Translations under genes and position numbers: made by a program
In this document: positions 1 through 10,285 of the stretch, one piece after another
Layout: each line of letters opens with the position of its first letter
How positions within the stretch are numbered: the stretch's first letter is position 1
Source: a virus
DNA length: 64,000 bases
Reading direction: 5' to 3' (one strand)
Virus record (IMG/VR): IMGVR_UViG_3300032238_000599
Coordinates: 80,987 to 144,986 of that record
The notes under the pieces: generated by a model
Seen by the model: the letters and a program-made list of their open reading frames with translations, nothing else
Told to the model about the DNA's origin: nothing
Database searches by the model: none

Positions 1-2
1 CT

Positions 3-3000
3 GCCTATTATAGATTAGAAGAAGTTGTTAACTATGTTGTGCAGAAAAATACAAGTTGGACAAAATCAACTGGTAACAGCACAAGTCAAATAACTACAGG
101 AACTGCTGGCAGTGCCGCAAGTGCTTACTTTGCTAGTGCTCGTATTCAAGATATTAACAACTGGGTAACAGCAGGCAGCGAACAAACTACCGCCAGCGCA
201 TTCACAGGTAGCACAAGTACAACAACTTTAACAGTTACCGCAATTACTAGCGGAACTATTGTTGCAGGATCATGTTTAACTGGTGGCGCAATTGCCGCTG
301 GCACATACATTAACACTCAATTAACAGCAACTAATGCCGCAACGGCAACTACTACAGCAACTGCATCGAGTGGTGCAACAAGTATTACAGTTGCAAGTGC
401 AACTAACATTGTTGCAGGACAATTAATTACAGCAACAAACATTCCACAAGGAACATTTGTACGCAACGACTATGTATCTGGTACAACAATCAACCTAGTA
501 ACTATCTACGGTTCTCCAGTACAAACACTTGGCGCACTAAGCACAACATCAATTAGTTTCTATGCACCAGGAAATACTGGTACATACCAAATCAGTGTAA
601 GCCAAGCACAAAGTTCTACAACATTAACAGGTAATGCAAGCATTACCCCTGTAACATCAGGTGCTTATGCTCTAGCAACATCTGCATTACAAACTGCTTG
701 GACTGCACTACAAGCTCGCCGCACAGAAATTCAAAGCGACACAGTTGTATGGGTACAAAAGTTCTATCAAAACGTTAACTTTAACGCTGGAACAACAAGT
801 CCTTGCTACCGTGATGCTGGTTTAATTGTTGACGCACTTGGATGGGACATGGTTTTAGGTACAAACTTTAACTCTATCACAGTTGGACGTTCATACTATA
901 GAGCAATCGCAAGTGCCCAACTAGTTCTATCAAGTCAGAAGAACGCAGAGATTGGCGCAATTCAATTCATTGGCTATAAAGCTAAGATGGTTGCATCGAG
1001 TGGCGCATCTGCTCAACTTACACAAATGATTGATGATATCAAAGAATATATCAATGGTACTACTTCAATTACTTGTACAGCAACTACCGCTACAACTAAC
1101 GTAATTACAACAAGTTCAACAGCTAACCTAGTACTAGGAATGCCAATTGTGTTTACTGGTACAGTAGCTGGCGGCATTGTTGCAGGACAAACATATTATG
1201 TTTTAGCAATTCCAAGCTCAACAACTTTCACTGTTACTAGTGCAAGCGGTTCTACAGTTGCTCTAACATTAACCACTACAACTAGTCAGTCATTTGCTGG
1301 TGTACAGACAAGTTTACAAACTTATGGTACTATAACTTACGACAATACTCTTGCAACTATTAAAGGGGCTGAAATCTTACGTGCTAATAAGACATTCTTG
1401 TCATATGAAGCTAGTGCATACATTACAGCAACTTACACTTATAGTGTAACTACAACAACAGCAAGCAATGACAGATTTACAGTCAGCGGAACTCATGCTT
1501 TTGTAACTGGAGATCCTGTAGTATTTTCTGGAACACCGTTTGCAGGCAGTGGTGTAACAGCTGGTACAGTTTACTATGTTACATCAACTCCAACTAGTGC
1601 AACATTTACAGTAAGTGCTACACAAGGCGGAACTAACATTGATATTAGTTCAAATGGTAGTGGCACATTTACAGTAGCATACTCATTTGATGCTACAAGC
1701 TGCCGCCGAGATGCCGCAGCCATTATTGATGCTATGGTATATGATTTACAGTACACCGGTAACTATAAGTCACTACGTGCCGCTCAATTATACGTAAATG
1801 CTATCAACGGTTCTAAATTAGAAAACATGTTCTTAGTACGTAACGGTACTGGTGTACGCAACATGACACTACAAGGTCTAAATGGTACACTAACTCAAGT
1901 CAACGTTTATGGAACAAAACGCCCAACAGCAGGTGCTTATGTGGCACTTGATCCTGGATTTGGTCCTAATGACACTAACGTATGGATTACCACACGTTCT
2001 TGCTACTCACAAAACGTAACAATGTTTGGTACAGGGTGCTCCGGCGGCAAGGTCGATGCGGCATTACATGCTGGCGGTAACAAGTCTATGGTTAAGAATG
2101 ACTTTACAACAATTATCAGTGATGGTATTGGTGTATGGTGTACTGGTGCAGGTTCGTTAACAGAATTAGTTTCAGTGTTTAACTACTATGGCTACGCTGG
2201 TTACCTAGCAGAACTAGGTGGACGTATTCGTGCTACGAACGGTAACAGCTCATATGGTACATATGGTGTTATTGCTGAGGGTACTGATACATATGAAACT
2301 TCTATCAATGCTACAGTTACTAACCGTGCTAACCAAGCACTAATTTCTAACGTAGTAACAGACTCTGTTAACAAGGTATGGCGTTTTGAATACTCAAACG
2401 CAGGTAACGCTTATACTAATACTGTACATACAATTAGCGGAACAGGTTACAATGCTGCCGCAACCGCAGATGAATTCCGTGATGCCGCAATATTTGAAAC
2501 TCGTATTGTTGACTTAAACGATAACAACGGCGTCGGCGGCACAAATTATGTAACACAAAGCAATGCCGCCCAGGGTGGTGCAGTAGGTGAAATAACTATT
2601 GCCGCAACTGATACAGCATTATCAACAGCATACACTGGTATGCGTATTCAAATTACTGCTGGTACAGGCGTTGGGCAATATGCAAACATATTAAACTACA
2701 ACAATGGTAATAAGAAAGCTATCATTTACAAGGATAGTTTTGCAACACTGACTATAACTGCTACAACTAATGGTAGCCCAAGTACAGTAACCGTAGCAAG
2801 CACATCAACACTATATGCTAACATGCCATTCTTGGTAGCGTCAACAGTAGGCGGTTTAACATTAAACACAGTTTATTATGTTAAGACTATTGTTAATGCA
2901 ACAACATTCAGCGTAAGCTCAACTGCTGGTGGCACAGCATTTACTAGTGAAATTACAACAACTACAGCACAGTCTGTATCGTTGTATGCCGCAGGATGGG

Positions 3001-5822
3001 ATCATGTTGTTCCGGGAACTACAATTACAAACGTTCTTGACTTAACAACAACTTATATCATTGAACCTCGTATTAACTACACTGGTCCGGGATTGTTAGG
3101 AACAAGTAGAACATTACCAGCAACTGCTACTTGGCAAGCCGCTACATATACATATGGCCAATTCTTAGCAATTGCCAACGGTAGTACAAGCACAGCATAT
3201 TCCCCAGATGGGAAAACATGGGCAAGTGCAGGTGCGTTAACAACTACATCTTATGTTGATGTAGTGTTCGGTGGCGGTGAAGGCGCAATAGCAACCGCAG
3301 TTGTTGGTGGGTTAGGAGGTGTTGGCGCAGTACTTACAGCCGCCCTAGGTCCAGGCGGTGTTGGACAAGTTCAAACAGACCAAGTTGCAACCGTAACAGT
3401 TCTTAACGGCGGTACAGGATATACAACTCCTCCAACAATCGTATTCACAGGTGGCGGCGGATCTAACGCTGTAGCTACTTGTACAGTTCTAAATGGTTCT
3501 ATTGCATCAGTAACTGTTACTGTAAACGGTAGCGCATATACTAGTGCTCCGACAGTAACAGCCGCAACAGATCGTGTAACGCAAATCAATATTGTAGCAC
3601 GTGGTAAGAATTATCTAAGTGCTCCTACCGTTACAATAAGCGGTGGAGGCTCAACTAACCAAGCTACTGGTACAGCGGTATTAACTAATAGTGGTGTAAG
3701 CTCAATTACTATTGGAAATAACGGCGGATCTGGTTATACTAGCACTCCAACAGTAACTATTTTAGATAGTACAGCAAGATATCTAGCAATTAGCGGAACA
3801 GCAGTAAACAACTGTTATCAAACAGTATCTGGAGCTATTACAGCCAGCGCTTGGACAGCAGGATCTAGTACCGGCAAGACAGATTTAAAATCTTTAGCAT
3901 ACGGACAAGTAGGCGGAGTAGGTTTATGGATTGCAGTAGGTGGTACTTCGGCAACTGCAAGTGCAGTATCAAGTTCAGATGGCGGCACAGCATGGACTGA
4001 TCGTTCAAGTGCTATTACTGCACTAAGCGCAGGATACTACGCAGGCGTTGCATTTGGTAATGGTTATTTTGTTGCTGTTAATAACGGCGGCAATAAGACA
4101 TCTTATATGACTGGTAACCCAGCAACTTGGACAGCAGGCGGAACACTACCATTTACTACAGCAGTTAGTGTTGCTTATGGTAACGGACGTTTTGTTGTAT
4201 TAGGTTCTAACGGTGCTGTTGCAATTAGTATTGATAACAGCGCAACTTGGAGCGCAATTGATACTGCAACCGGTACAACAACTAGTGTGTTATCAAGTAG
4301 CTTAACATGGTCTACAATCAGATATGGACAAGGTTTGTTCATGGCAATTGCTCAAGGTACACAAACTTGTGCAACTAGCCCAGACGGTATCAACTGGACA
4401 GTATATGCAACAGGCATGCCAAGCTCAAGCAACTGGAAAGCTCTAGCATTTGGTAATCCAACTTCTGCAACACTAGGCGCACAACCATTATGGATTGCCG
4501 CAAGTAATACATCAGGTTCAATCGCCGCAAGTATTAGAACTGGTGCTCGTCCATTAGGCCGTATGAAAGTAATTGCTGGTGTAATAACTGAAGTTCGTAT
4601 GGTAGAACCAGGAAGCGGATTCCCTAAAGGCAACGTTACTGCTACCACTGTAACAACAAACGTAATTACAACCGACGATACAACTAACTTAGTTGATAGC
4701 ATGCCAGTAGTGTTTACTGGTTGCAGTACTGGCGGTCTAGCAAACAATACAGTTTATTATGTAATTGGCGCAACTATTGTAACTAACACTAGCTTCAAAG
4801 TTAGCTTAACAGCAGGTAGTGCAACACCAGTTACACTAAGTTCACAAACTGTAACAGGTACATATCGTGCAGGTCCAATTGTAACTCAGACAGATCCTAA
4901 CAGAACTAAATCTGCTAACTTATGGTCACGCAATGGCGACGGTGCTCTTGGAAACCCAAGCTTCAACAACCGCGGTACTGGAAACATTACTGCTACAGCC
5001 GCAACAATTGGCGACGGTTATAGCGACTTGTTCCAAACAGGAACTTATGTTAACGTCACCGGTTTATACAGTCAGCCAACTCCAGGTGCAAACGTACAGT
5101 TTGGATCAATTGGCAACGTATGGTATAAACTAGTTAGTGTTGTTAACTTGTTAGGGGTTGCTGGTAACTACTCTGCTAGCTTCCAAATTAACCCAGCTCT
5201 AACTACATTAAATGCACCACCACATGCTGATACAGTAGTAACAAGATTGAAGTATTCACAAGTTCGTTTAACCGGACATGACTTCTTGTACATCGGTACT
5301 GGAAATCAAACACAAACTAACTATCCTTATGTTAACCCAAATAGCGCAATTCAGGCTAATCAAGCTAACAGTTCGGGTGGCGGACGAGTATTCTTTACAA
5401 GTACTGACCAAGACGGTAACTTCAACGTTGGTAACTTATTCGGAGTGCAACAGGCAACTGGTACTGCTACATTAAATGCTAACGCATTTAACTTGTCAGG
5501 ACTACAATCATTGCAACTGGGTTCAGTTAGTTTAGGCGTCGGAAGTGCTGTAATTACACAATTCAGTACAGATCCATACTTTACTGCTAACAGTGACAAC
5601 GTTGTTCCAACACAAAAAGCAATTAAGAGCTATATTAGCTCACAAATTGGTGGCGGAGCAAGTACTTTGAACGTAAATACATTAACAGCTGGTGTGATTT
5701 ACTTGTCTGGAAATAACATCTCAACAACGACAGGTGTTCAAATTAACGTAACAGCTAAAATGAATTTCGTAGGCGGAATAGACGGTGCTCCCGTAGCCCT
5801 TGCGTACTTCATGCAAAAATAA
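3..5822 (+). CDS. Giant virion structural / tail fibre-like protein, 5' truncated by the window edge
   Basis: The frame is open from position 3 (AYYRLEEVVNYVVQKN...). More than 1900 aa, Thr/Gly/Ala-rich, with CxRD...D repeats (CYRDAGLIVDAL, CRRDAAAIIDAM), GxGYTxxPTVT repeats, BNR-like SPDGxxW repeats and a C-terminal VPTQKAIKSYI motif typical of large T4-like phage structural proteins. Confidence 0.75.
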   Translation, partial: AYYRLEEVVNYVVQKNTSWTKSTGNSTSQITTGTAGSAASAYFASARIQDINNWVTAGSEQTTASAFTGSTSTTTLTVTAITSGTIVAGSCLTGGAIAAGTYINTQLTATNAATATTTATASSGATSITVASATNIVAGQLITATNIPQGTFVRNDYVSGTTINLVTIYGSPVQTLGALSTTSISFYAPGNTGTYQISVSQAQSSTTLTGNASITPVTSGAYALATSALQTAWTALQARRTEIQSDTVVWVQKFYQNVNFNAGTTSPCYRDAGLIVDALGWDMVLGTNFNSITVGRSYYRAIASAQLVLSSQKNAEIGAIQFIGYKAKMVASSGASAQLTQMIDDIKEYINGTTSITCTATTATTNVITTSSTANLVLGMPIVFTGTVAGGIVAGQTYYVLAIPSSTTFTVTSASGSTVALTLTTTTSQSFAGVQTSLQTYGTITYDNTLATIKGAEILRANKTFLSYEASAYITATYTYSVTTTTASNDRFTVSGTHAFVTGDPVVFSGTPFAGSGVTAGTVYYVTSTPTSATFTVSATQGGTNIDISSNGSGTFTVAYSFDATSCRRDAAAIIDAMVYDLQYTGNYKSLRAAQLYVNAINGSKLENMFLVRNGTGVRNMTLQGLNGTLTQVNVYGTKRPTAGAYVALDPGFGPNDTNVWITTRSCYSQNVTMFGTGCSGGKVDAALHAGGNKSMVKNDFTTIISDGIGVWCTGAGSLTELVSVFNYYGYAGYLAELGGRIRATNGNSSYGTYGVIAEGTDTYETSINATVTNRANQALISNVVTDSVNKVWRFEYSNAGNAYTNTVHTISGTGYNAAATADEFRDAAIFETRIVDLNDNNGVGGTNYVTQSNAAQGGAVGEITIAATDTALSTAYTGMRIQITAGTGVGQYANILNYNNGNKKAIIYKDSFATLTITATTNGSPSTVTVASTSTLYANMPFLVASTVGGLTLNTVYYVKTIVNATTFSVSSTAGGTAFTSEITTTTAQSVSLYAAGWDHVVPGTTITNVLDLTTTYIIEPRINYTGPGLLGTSRTLPATATWQAATYTYGQFLAIANGSTSTAYSPDGKTWASAGALTTTSYVDVVFGGGEGAIATAVVGGLGGVGAVLTAALGPGGVGQVQTDQVATVTVLNGGTGYTTPPTIVFTGGGGSNAVATCTVLNGSIASVTVTVNGSAYTSAPTVTAATDRVTQINIVARGKNYLSAPTVTISGGGSTNQATGTAVLTNSGVSSITIGNNGGSGYTSTPTVTILDSTARYLAISGTAVNNCYQTVSGAITASAWTAGSSTGKTDLKSLAYGQVGGVGLWIAVGGTSATASAVSSSDGGTAWTDRSSAITALSAGYYAGVAFGNGYFVAVNNGGNKTSYMTGNPATWTAGGTLPFTTAVSVAYGNGRFVVLGSNGAVAISIDNSATWSAIDTATGTTTSVLSSSLTWSTIRYGQGLFMAIAQGTQTCATSPDGINWTVYATGMPSSSNWKALAFGNPTSATLGAQPLWIAASNTSGSIAASIRTGARPLGRMKVIAGVITEVRMVEPGSGFPKGNVTATTVTTNVITTDDTTNLVDSMPVVFTGCSTGGLANNTVYYVIGATIVTNTSFKVSLTAGSATPVTLSSQTVTGTYRAGPIVTQTDPNRTKSANLWSRNGDGALGNPSFNNRGTGNITATAATIGDGYSDLFQTGTYVNVTGLYSQPTPGANVQFGSIGNVWYKLVSVVNLLGVAGNYSASFQINPALTTLNAPPHADTVVTRLKYSQVRLTGHDFLYIGTGNQTQTNYPYVNPNSAIQANQANSSGGGRVFFTSTDQDGNFNVGNLFGVQQATGTATLNANAFNLSGLQSLQLGSVSLGVGSAVITQFSTDPYFTANSDNVVPTQKAIKSYISSQIGGGASTLNVNTLTAGVIYLSGNNISTTTGVQINVTAKMNFVGGIDGAPVALAYFMQK

Positions 5823-5839
5823 TTTTGGAGAAATAAACC

Positions 5840-6187
5840 ATGGCATCAGGAAGATTAGGGATTAGTACAAGTTTAACAGGCGGCTCAAATGCTACTGTTT
5901 ATACTGTTCCAACAGGCTATTACGCCGTACTAAACGTTAACGTTACAAACACTAGCTCTGTTGGTGTTACTGCAAGAGTTGCCGTTACATCAAATCCAGC
6001 GTCAATTGGCGCAAGCGAGTGGATTGAATACGGTGTAGGTATTGCACCTGGCGGAACTTTAGAAAGAACAGGTATTGTAGCAGACGCAGGAAAAGCTATT
6101 GTTGTATGGGCAAGTACTAGCACTTCGGGCTCAATAGGTAGTTGCGTAAACGCTAACGTGTTTGGCATTGAAACTTCAACAACCTAA
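5840..6187 (+). CDS. Small beta-rich virion structural protein
   Basis: GGAG RBS; TVYTVP...NVTN...FGIE pattern typical of small fibre-associated proteins. Confidence 0.6.
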   Translation: MASGRLGISTSLTGGSNATVYTVPTGYYAVLNVNVTNTSSVGVTARVAVTSNPASIGASEWIEYGVGIAPGGTLERTGIVADAGKAIVVWASTSTSGSIGSCVNANVFGIETSTT

Positions 6188-6208
6188 ATAGAACAAGTGA
6201 GATAAAAG

Positions 6209-7084
6209 ATGGCTCGATATAATACAGCGTTTAAAACATTAGTTGTTACCGGAACAGCAACTATTAGCACACCATTGCAGGGAACTGTGCTGGTGTCGCT
6301 TACAAGCACAGCCGGCTATACGGTAACATTACCAAGCCCTGTGTTATTTCCTGGTGCAAGTTTACAAATTTATAATAATACCAGCGGTGCGTGTACATTA
6401 AGCACACCAGCTGGTAACTTTACAGTCGGCGCCGCAGGTGCAAGTACGCAAGCGATTGCATCGGGACAAGTTTTTACTCACGTGTCAGATGGCGCAAACT
6501 GGATTACATGGTCAGATGTAAACGGCCCTGGCTCATTTACTACACTAACAGCAAGCTCAACAGTAACATTAAGTCCTGCAAGTGCCAACGTAGCAATTAG
6601 TCCAAGCGGTAGTGGTAACGTAACTATTGCTCCTGCAAGTCCCGGTGCAATTAACAACATGACCATTGGTGGTAGCACACCATTAGCTGGTACATTTAAT
6701 GCACTAACATCAACTGGTACAACTACGTTACAGTTGATTAGTGAGGTATTAAACACAAAATCGGGTGCAAATGGTACTGTTGTCCATGACGCAAGTACTG
6801 GCGACATTTGGTATCACTCAAGCATTGCATCCTCTTTTACAGCAAACTTTACTAACGTGCCAACTACTTCAAACAGAACTCTAGTTATGACGCTAATACT
6901 AGCTCAAGGTGGCACACCATTTAATGCGACTGGCGTACAAATTAACGGTACTGGTTATAGTATTAACTGGGCCGGTGGTGTTGTACCTTCAGGTCGTGCA
7001 AGTAAGATTGACGTTGTGACGTTCTTCATCTATAACGTAGGTGGAACATTTGCAGTTACTGGACAGATGAGCTCATTCGGCTAA
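6209..7084 (+). CDS. Tail fibre-like protein; C-terminal domain paralogous to that of 51483..52232
   Basis: Thr/Gly/Ser-rich; TVTLP and SDGANW motifs; shared C-terminal FxANFxNVPTT...WAGGVxPxG...GQMSSxG. Confidence 0.65.
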   Translation: MARYNTAFKTLVVTGTATISTPLQGTVLVSLTSTAGYTVTLPSPVLFPGASLQIYNNTSGACTLSTPAGNFTVGAAGASTQAIASGQVFTHVSDGANWITWSDVNGPGSFTTLTASSTVTLSPASANVAISPSGSGNVTIAPASPGAINNMTIGGSTPLAGTFNALTSTGTTTLQLISEVLNTKSGANGTVVHDASTGDIWYHSSIASSFTANFTNVPTTSNRTLVMTLILAQGGTPFNATGVQINGTGYSINWAGGVVPSGRASKIDVVTFFIYNVGGTFAVTGQMSSFG

Positions 7085-7106
7085 TATTGGACACTAGGAG
7101 AATTTA

Positions 7107-8732
7107 ATGCCATTAGTAGGAACATTCGGTGGTAATACCACAGCAAAAGGTGTAGGTGGATATCACCCTGGTGCAGGACCAGTTGACACCACATCCAGCG
7201 CCGCGCAAGGTGTAATTGGTACTACTACTGTATCAGGAAGTTTAAACGGTACAATTTATAACCTAAGTGCTAGTTCAGTTACTGGACAGCGTATTACACA
7301 AGACCCATTTTTTATGGGTAACGTTACCTACAGTTTAGTAGGTGCAACTAGTGGAACAGCTAGTAATACTAACGGTACGAACGTCACTGTTAGTACAACT
7401 ACCGGATTATATACTGGACAAGCAATTTATTTTTCTGGTTACGGCACCGGCGCTTTAAATAGTGCAAGTACTAGTGCGGCTTTAACACCCGGGCAGTATT
7501 GGATTACAGCAATTGGCAGTGGCGTTATCAGCATTGCAAGAACAAGCGGGGGAACTGCTATTAACTTTGGCGGATCTACTACGTTAACTGGCGTTAACTG
7601 GACTACAGGTCTCCCTCCGGGATTTAGCTTTAACGCTTCGACTGGAACTATTAGTGGTAGTTTAACAATTAATGCAAATACAAACCCGGGTGAAAAAGCC
7701 GGTATTATTAATCACACAGTTCCAACAACTGGTGCAAACAGTATTGGTACAGGACCGTATAATCCTAACGGCATTCAGCCAGCAACTTATCGTGTAACTG
7801 TCCGTGCCACAGATAATAGTTATGCTAACAACTATTCAGAGCGTTACTACGATATTAACTTGTCAGTTCCATTTGCTTACAGACAAATTATTACTGTAGG
7901 ATATACTCAAGCGGGATATGCTAATTCAAGTACATGGACCGACAGTCAAAAAACAGTTGGTGCTAATGATACAACAACTTTATTAGCCGGCAACCAAGAA
8001 GCAAGCCATAACTATCAAATGAGCGCACATAACTATACACGTTCATTTACCTATGGAGCTTCTGGTACGCATTGCGGAGCGGCAAGTAACATTATTGCAT
8101 TTAACATGAGAACAGAAACTAACAACACTTCGGGTTATACTAGAAGTTATCCAGTTAGCCAGAATAACTGTTCTACATTAATGAACGAATTTTATTATGC
8201 ATGGATTTCAAGCCCAGCAACAGCTTCAGTGTATGAGCATAATATGACCACTGAAACAATCACCGGCGCAGTTCCAGGCATGAGTTTATCAAATCCTCTA
8301 GTTGGAGGAAACTGGGACGGTTACGGATGGTGGGGCCCAAGCGGCGCAACCATGAACTATGCTACACGTACTAACACATCCGGGCGCGGCGGCCAAGGCG
8401 GCGACGCTCAGTGTAAAGTTCTAATGAACAAACAACGTTACCAGTATGCGGGGCGTGAAGGCTGTCCAAATAGTAACTGGCGCCGCAGTGATATGACTAC
8501 TGCTACAACAAGTGATAGCGCACCAGGAAAGTACTATAACTCAGGTGAAGAAAATCACACAACTGTACAAGATTGGGGCTACTGTGTTGGATATTATGGT
8601 CCTGCTGGACACGTTAATACCAGTTACAAGTTTGTTTATGCTACAGAAGCCAACTCTGGATCTACTTCATCATTAGACTGTAAAGGTGGACACCCGGGAA
8701 ACAGCTCAGCAACAGCGGCATGGCGAGATTAA
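7107..8732 (+). CDS. Virion-like protein with Ig-like (He_PIG-type) segment and a C-terminal Cys/His/Tyr-rich repeat (propeller-like) domain
   Basis: AGGAG RBS; GLPPGFSFNASTGTISG resembles the putative Ig domain; C-terminal GYxxxGY...FxYxTE-type repeats with six Cys. Confidence 0.55.
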   Translation: MPLVGTFGGNTTAKGVGGYHPGAGPVDTTSSAAQGVIGTTTVSGSLNGTIYNLSASSVTGQRITQDPFFMGNVTYSLVGATSGTASNTNGTNVTVSTTTGLYTGQAIYFSGYGTGALNSASTSAALTPGQYWITAIGSGVISIARTSGGTAINFGGSTTLTGVNWTTGLPPGFSFNASTGTISGSLTINANTNPGEKAGIINHTVPTTGANSIGTGPYNPNGIQPATYRVTVRATDNSYANNYSERYYDINLSVPFAYRQIITVGYTQAGYANSSTWTDSQKTVGANDTTTLLAGNQEASHNYQMSAHNYTRSFTYGASGTHCGAASNIIAFNMRTETNNTSGYTRSYPVSQNNCSTLMNEFYYAWISSPATASVYEHNMTTETITGAVPGMSLSNPLVGGNWDGYGWWGPSGATMNYATRTNTSGRGGQGGDAQCKVLMNKQRYQYAGREGCPNSNWRRSDMTTATTSDSAPGKYYNSGEENHTTVQDWGYCVGYYGPAGHVNTSYKFVYATEANSGSTSSLDCKGGHPGNSSATAAWRD

Positions 8733-8772
8733 ACTAATAAATATTCAACAATTTTATTAGCACGGAGACACC

Positions 8773-9666
8773 ATGATCGAAAGAACCGATAGAATATTTG
8801 AGTATCATCAAAAATTTCAATTAAGCAAACCAAATACTGACATATCAATGCTTTCAGAGCGAGAGGTAGAAATTATCAAAATCGCTATGAACAAAGAATG
8901 GACAAACCCTAAATTTAAAATGAAGTGGTTTGTTGGTAACGCACAAGTTACAGCATTTGCACAGTTCCGTCAATTTTTAATGGAACTAAAAGCTAAAGAA
9001 GAAGCCATCGAAGACTTAGAATATAACGTTGCCAAGTATGATATTGAACTTACTCGCAACGAACGTCTTATTGAAGAAAGCCCAGACGATTTAGAACGTA
9101 AACTAGCAGAGTTAGATATTTGGCGTTTAAAACGAGATAAAGAACGTACACAACGTATTCTTCAAAATTGGTATCTAGAGCGCCAGCAATTCTGTGACCT
9201 ACTAGTAGAAATGTCAGGAACTGATGCAGTTAAACTGCCTGACGGTAGTGGTAGAACTTACTGGGATATTATTGGAACCGATGAAGAAGATGTCTATGAA
9301 AAAGTGTTATGGACAAATCGTCTAGCAAAACAAGCGGCCTGCGACATTATGTTCTATGGGCGTATTAATACCGGTAACATGGATGCTATTTTACAAATGG
9401 ATCCTGATCAACAGGCTGAAACATTTGCACTAGCAACTGACTTTAGCATTAAAATACAAACACATTTACATCAGTTACAAGCAAATGCCGAAGAAACTGC
9501 TAGACTTCCAGGTGCACCGTTTGATCTTAAAGAACTAAAAGCTCCTAATATTCCATTAGACGACGGTATAGCACAGAAATTAGATACTATCATGCCTCCC
9601 GCAACACCAATTATGCCTGAGGATGATAAAGATGACAAGGATTTATTAAATGTATATAATGTTTGA
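8773..9666 (+). CDS. Coiled-coil hypothetical protein
   Basis: TAAATA at 8738 and GGAG RBS; central heptad-rich helical region. Confidence 0.6.
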   Translation: MIERTDRIFEYHQKFQLSKPNTDISMLSEREVEIIKIAMNKEWTNPKFKMKWFVGNAQVTAFAQFRQFLMELKAKEEAIEDLEYNVAKYDIELTRNERLIEESPDDLERKLAELDIWRLKRDKERTQRILQNWYLERQQFCDLLVEMSGTDAVKLPDGSGRTYWDIIGTDEEDVYEKVLWTNRLAKQAACDIMFYGRINTGNMDAILQMDPDQQAETFALATDFSIKIQTHLHQLQANAEETARLPGAPFDLKELKAPNIPLDDGIAQKLDTIMPPATPIMPEDDKDDKDLLNVYNV

Positions 9667-10216
9667 ATCCCAACACTGGGAAGATCAGCGAATTAAGTAC
9701 TTTGGAAGTACCTGGTTTATGCAGATTGCACACATCGATGAAGCAGACGAAGCAAGCGTTGATATTACTCCACTAAAAGGTATTGTAATTTCAAAAGATC
9801 TAGCCTATTGCTTAAAGATGCATCATGCAACTGAAGGTAAAATCATTGTCCGTGAACTAAAAGAAATTATGGACTATGCAGACTATGAAAGCCCAACAGA
9901 ATTAAACTACGGTGATAATGGTGGTCGTAAAGATTATTACACGCTAACCGAACAGCAATTGGCTAACTCTATCCAGTTTATTAAAAATATGATGACTATT
10001 TTCATGGACAATTATGGACATAGAAAAGATCCTGCTGCCTTAATGGAACTGAAAAAGCAAGTGATGAATTTGCCTGCTACCGGTACTGTAGAAAATTTAA
10101 ACAATGCTCAAATGTTTATGAGTACATATTTTGAATATCAAACTCCATATACACAACATAGAGAAAAAACACCGTCAATTGGCATACGCTTTCAATTTGA
10201 TGGTGAAGGTTGGTAA
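9650..10216 (+). CDS. Hypothetical protein
   Basis: 188-aa ORF overlapping the upstream stop, AAGGA RBS, followed by a terminator. Confidence 0.6.
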   Translation: MYIMFESQHWEDQRIKYFGSTWFMQIAHIDEADEASVDITPLKGIVISKDLAYCLKMHHATEGKIIVRELKEIMDYADYESPTELNYGDNGGRKDYYTLTEQQLANSIQFIKNMMTIFMDNYGHRKDPAALMELKKQVMNLPATGTVENLNNAQMFMSTYFEYQTPYTQHREKTPSIGIRFQFDGEGW

Positions 10217-10239
10217 ACTCACAACTTCACTAAACAAAC

Positions 10240-10274
10240 AAGATGCTACAATAAGTAATGTAGCATCTTTTTTT
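10240..10274 (+). terminator. Intrinsic terminator with a TAAGTA late-promoter-like motif in its loop
   Basis: AAGATGCTACA-ataagtaa-TGTAGCATCTT, an 11-bp stem running into a T7 tract. Confidence 0.75.
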
Positions 10275-10285
10275 ACGGCAGAATT

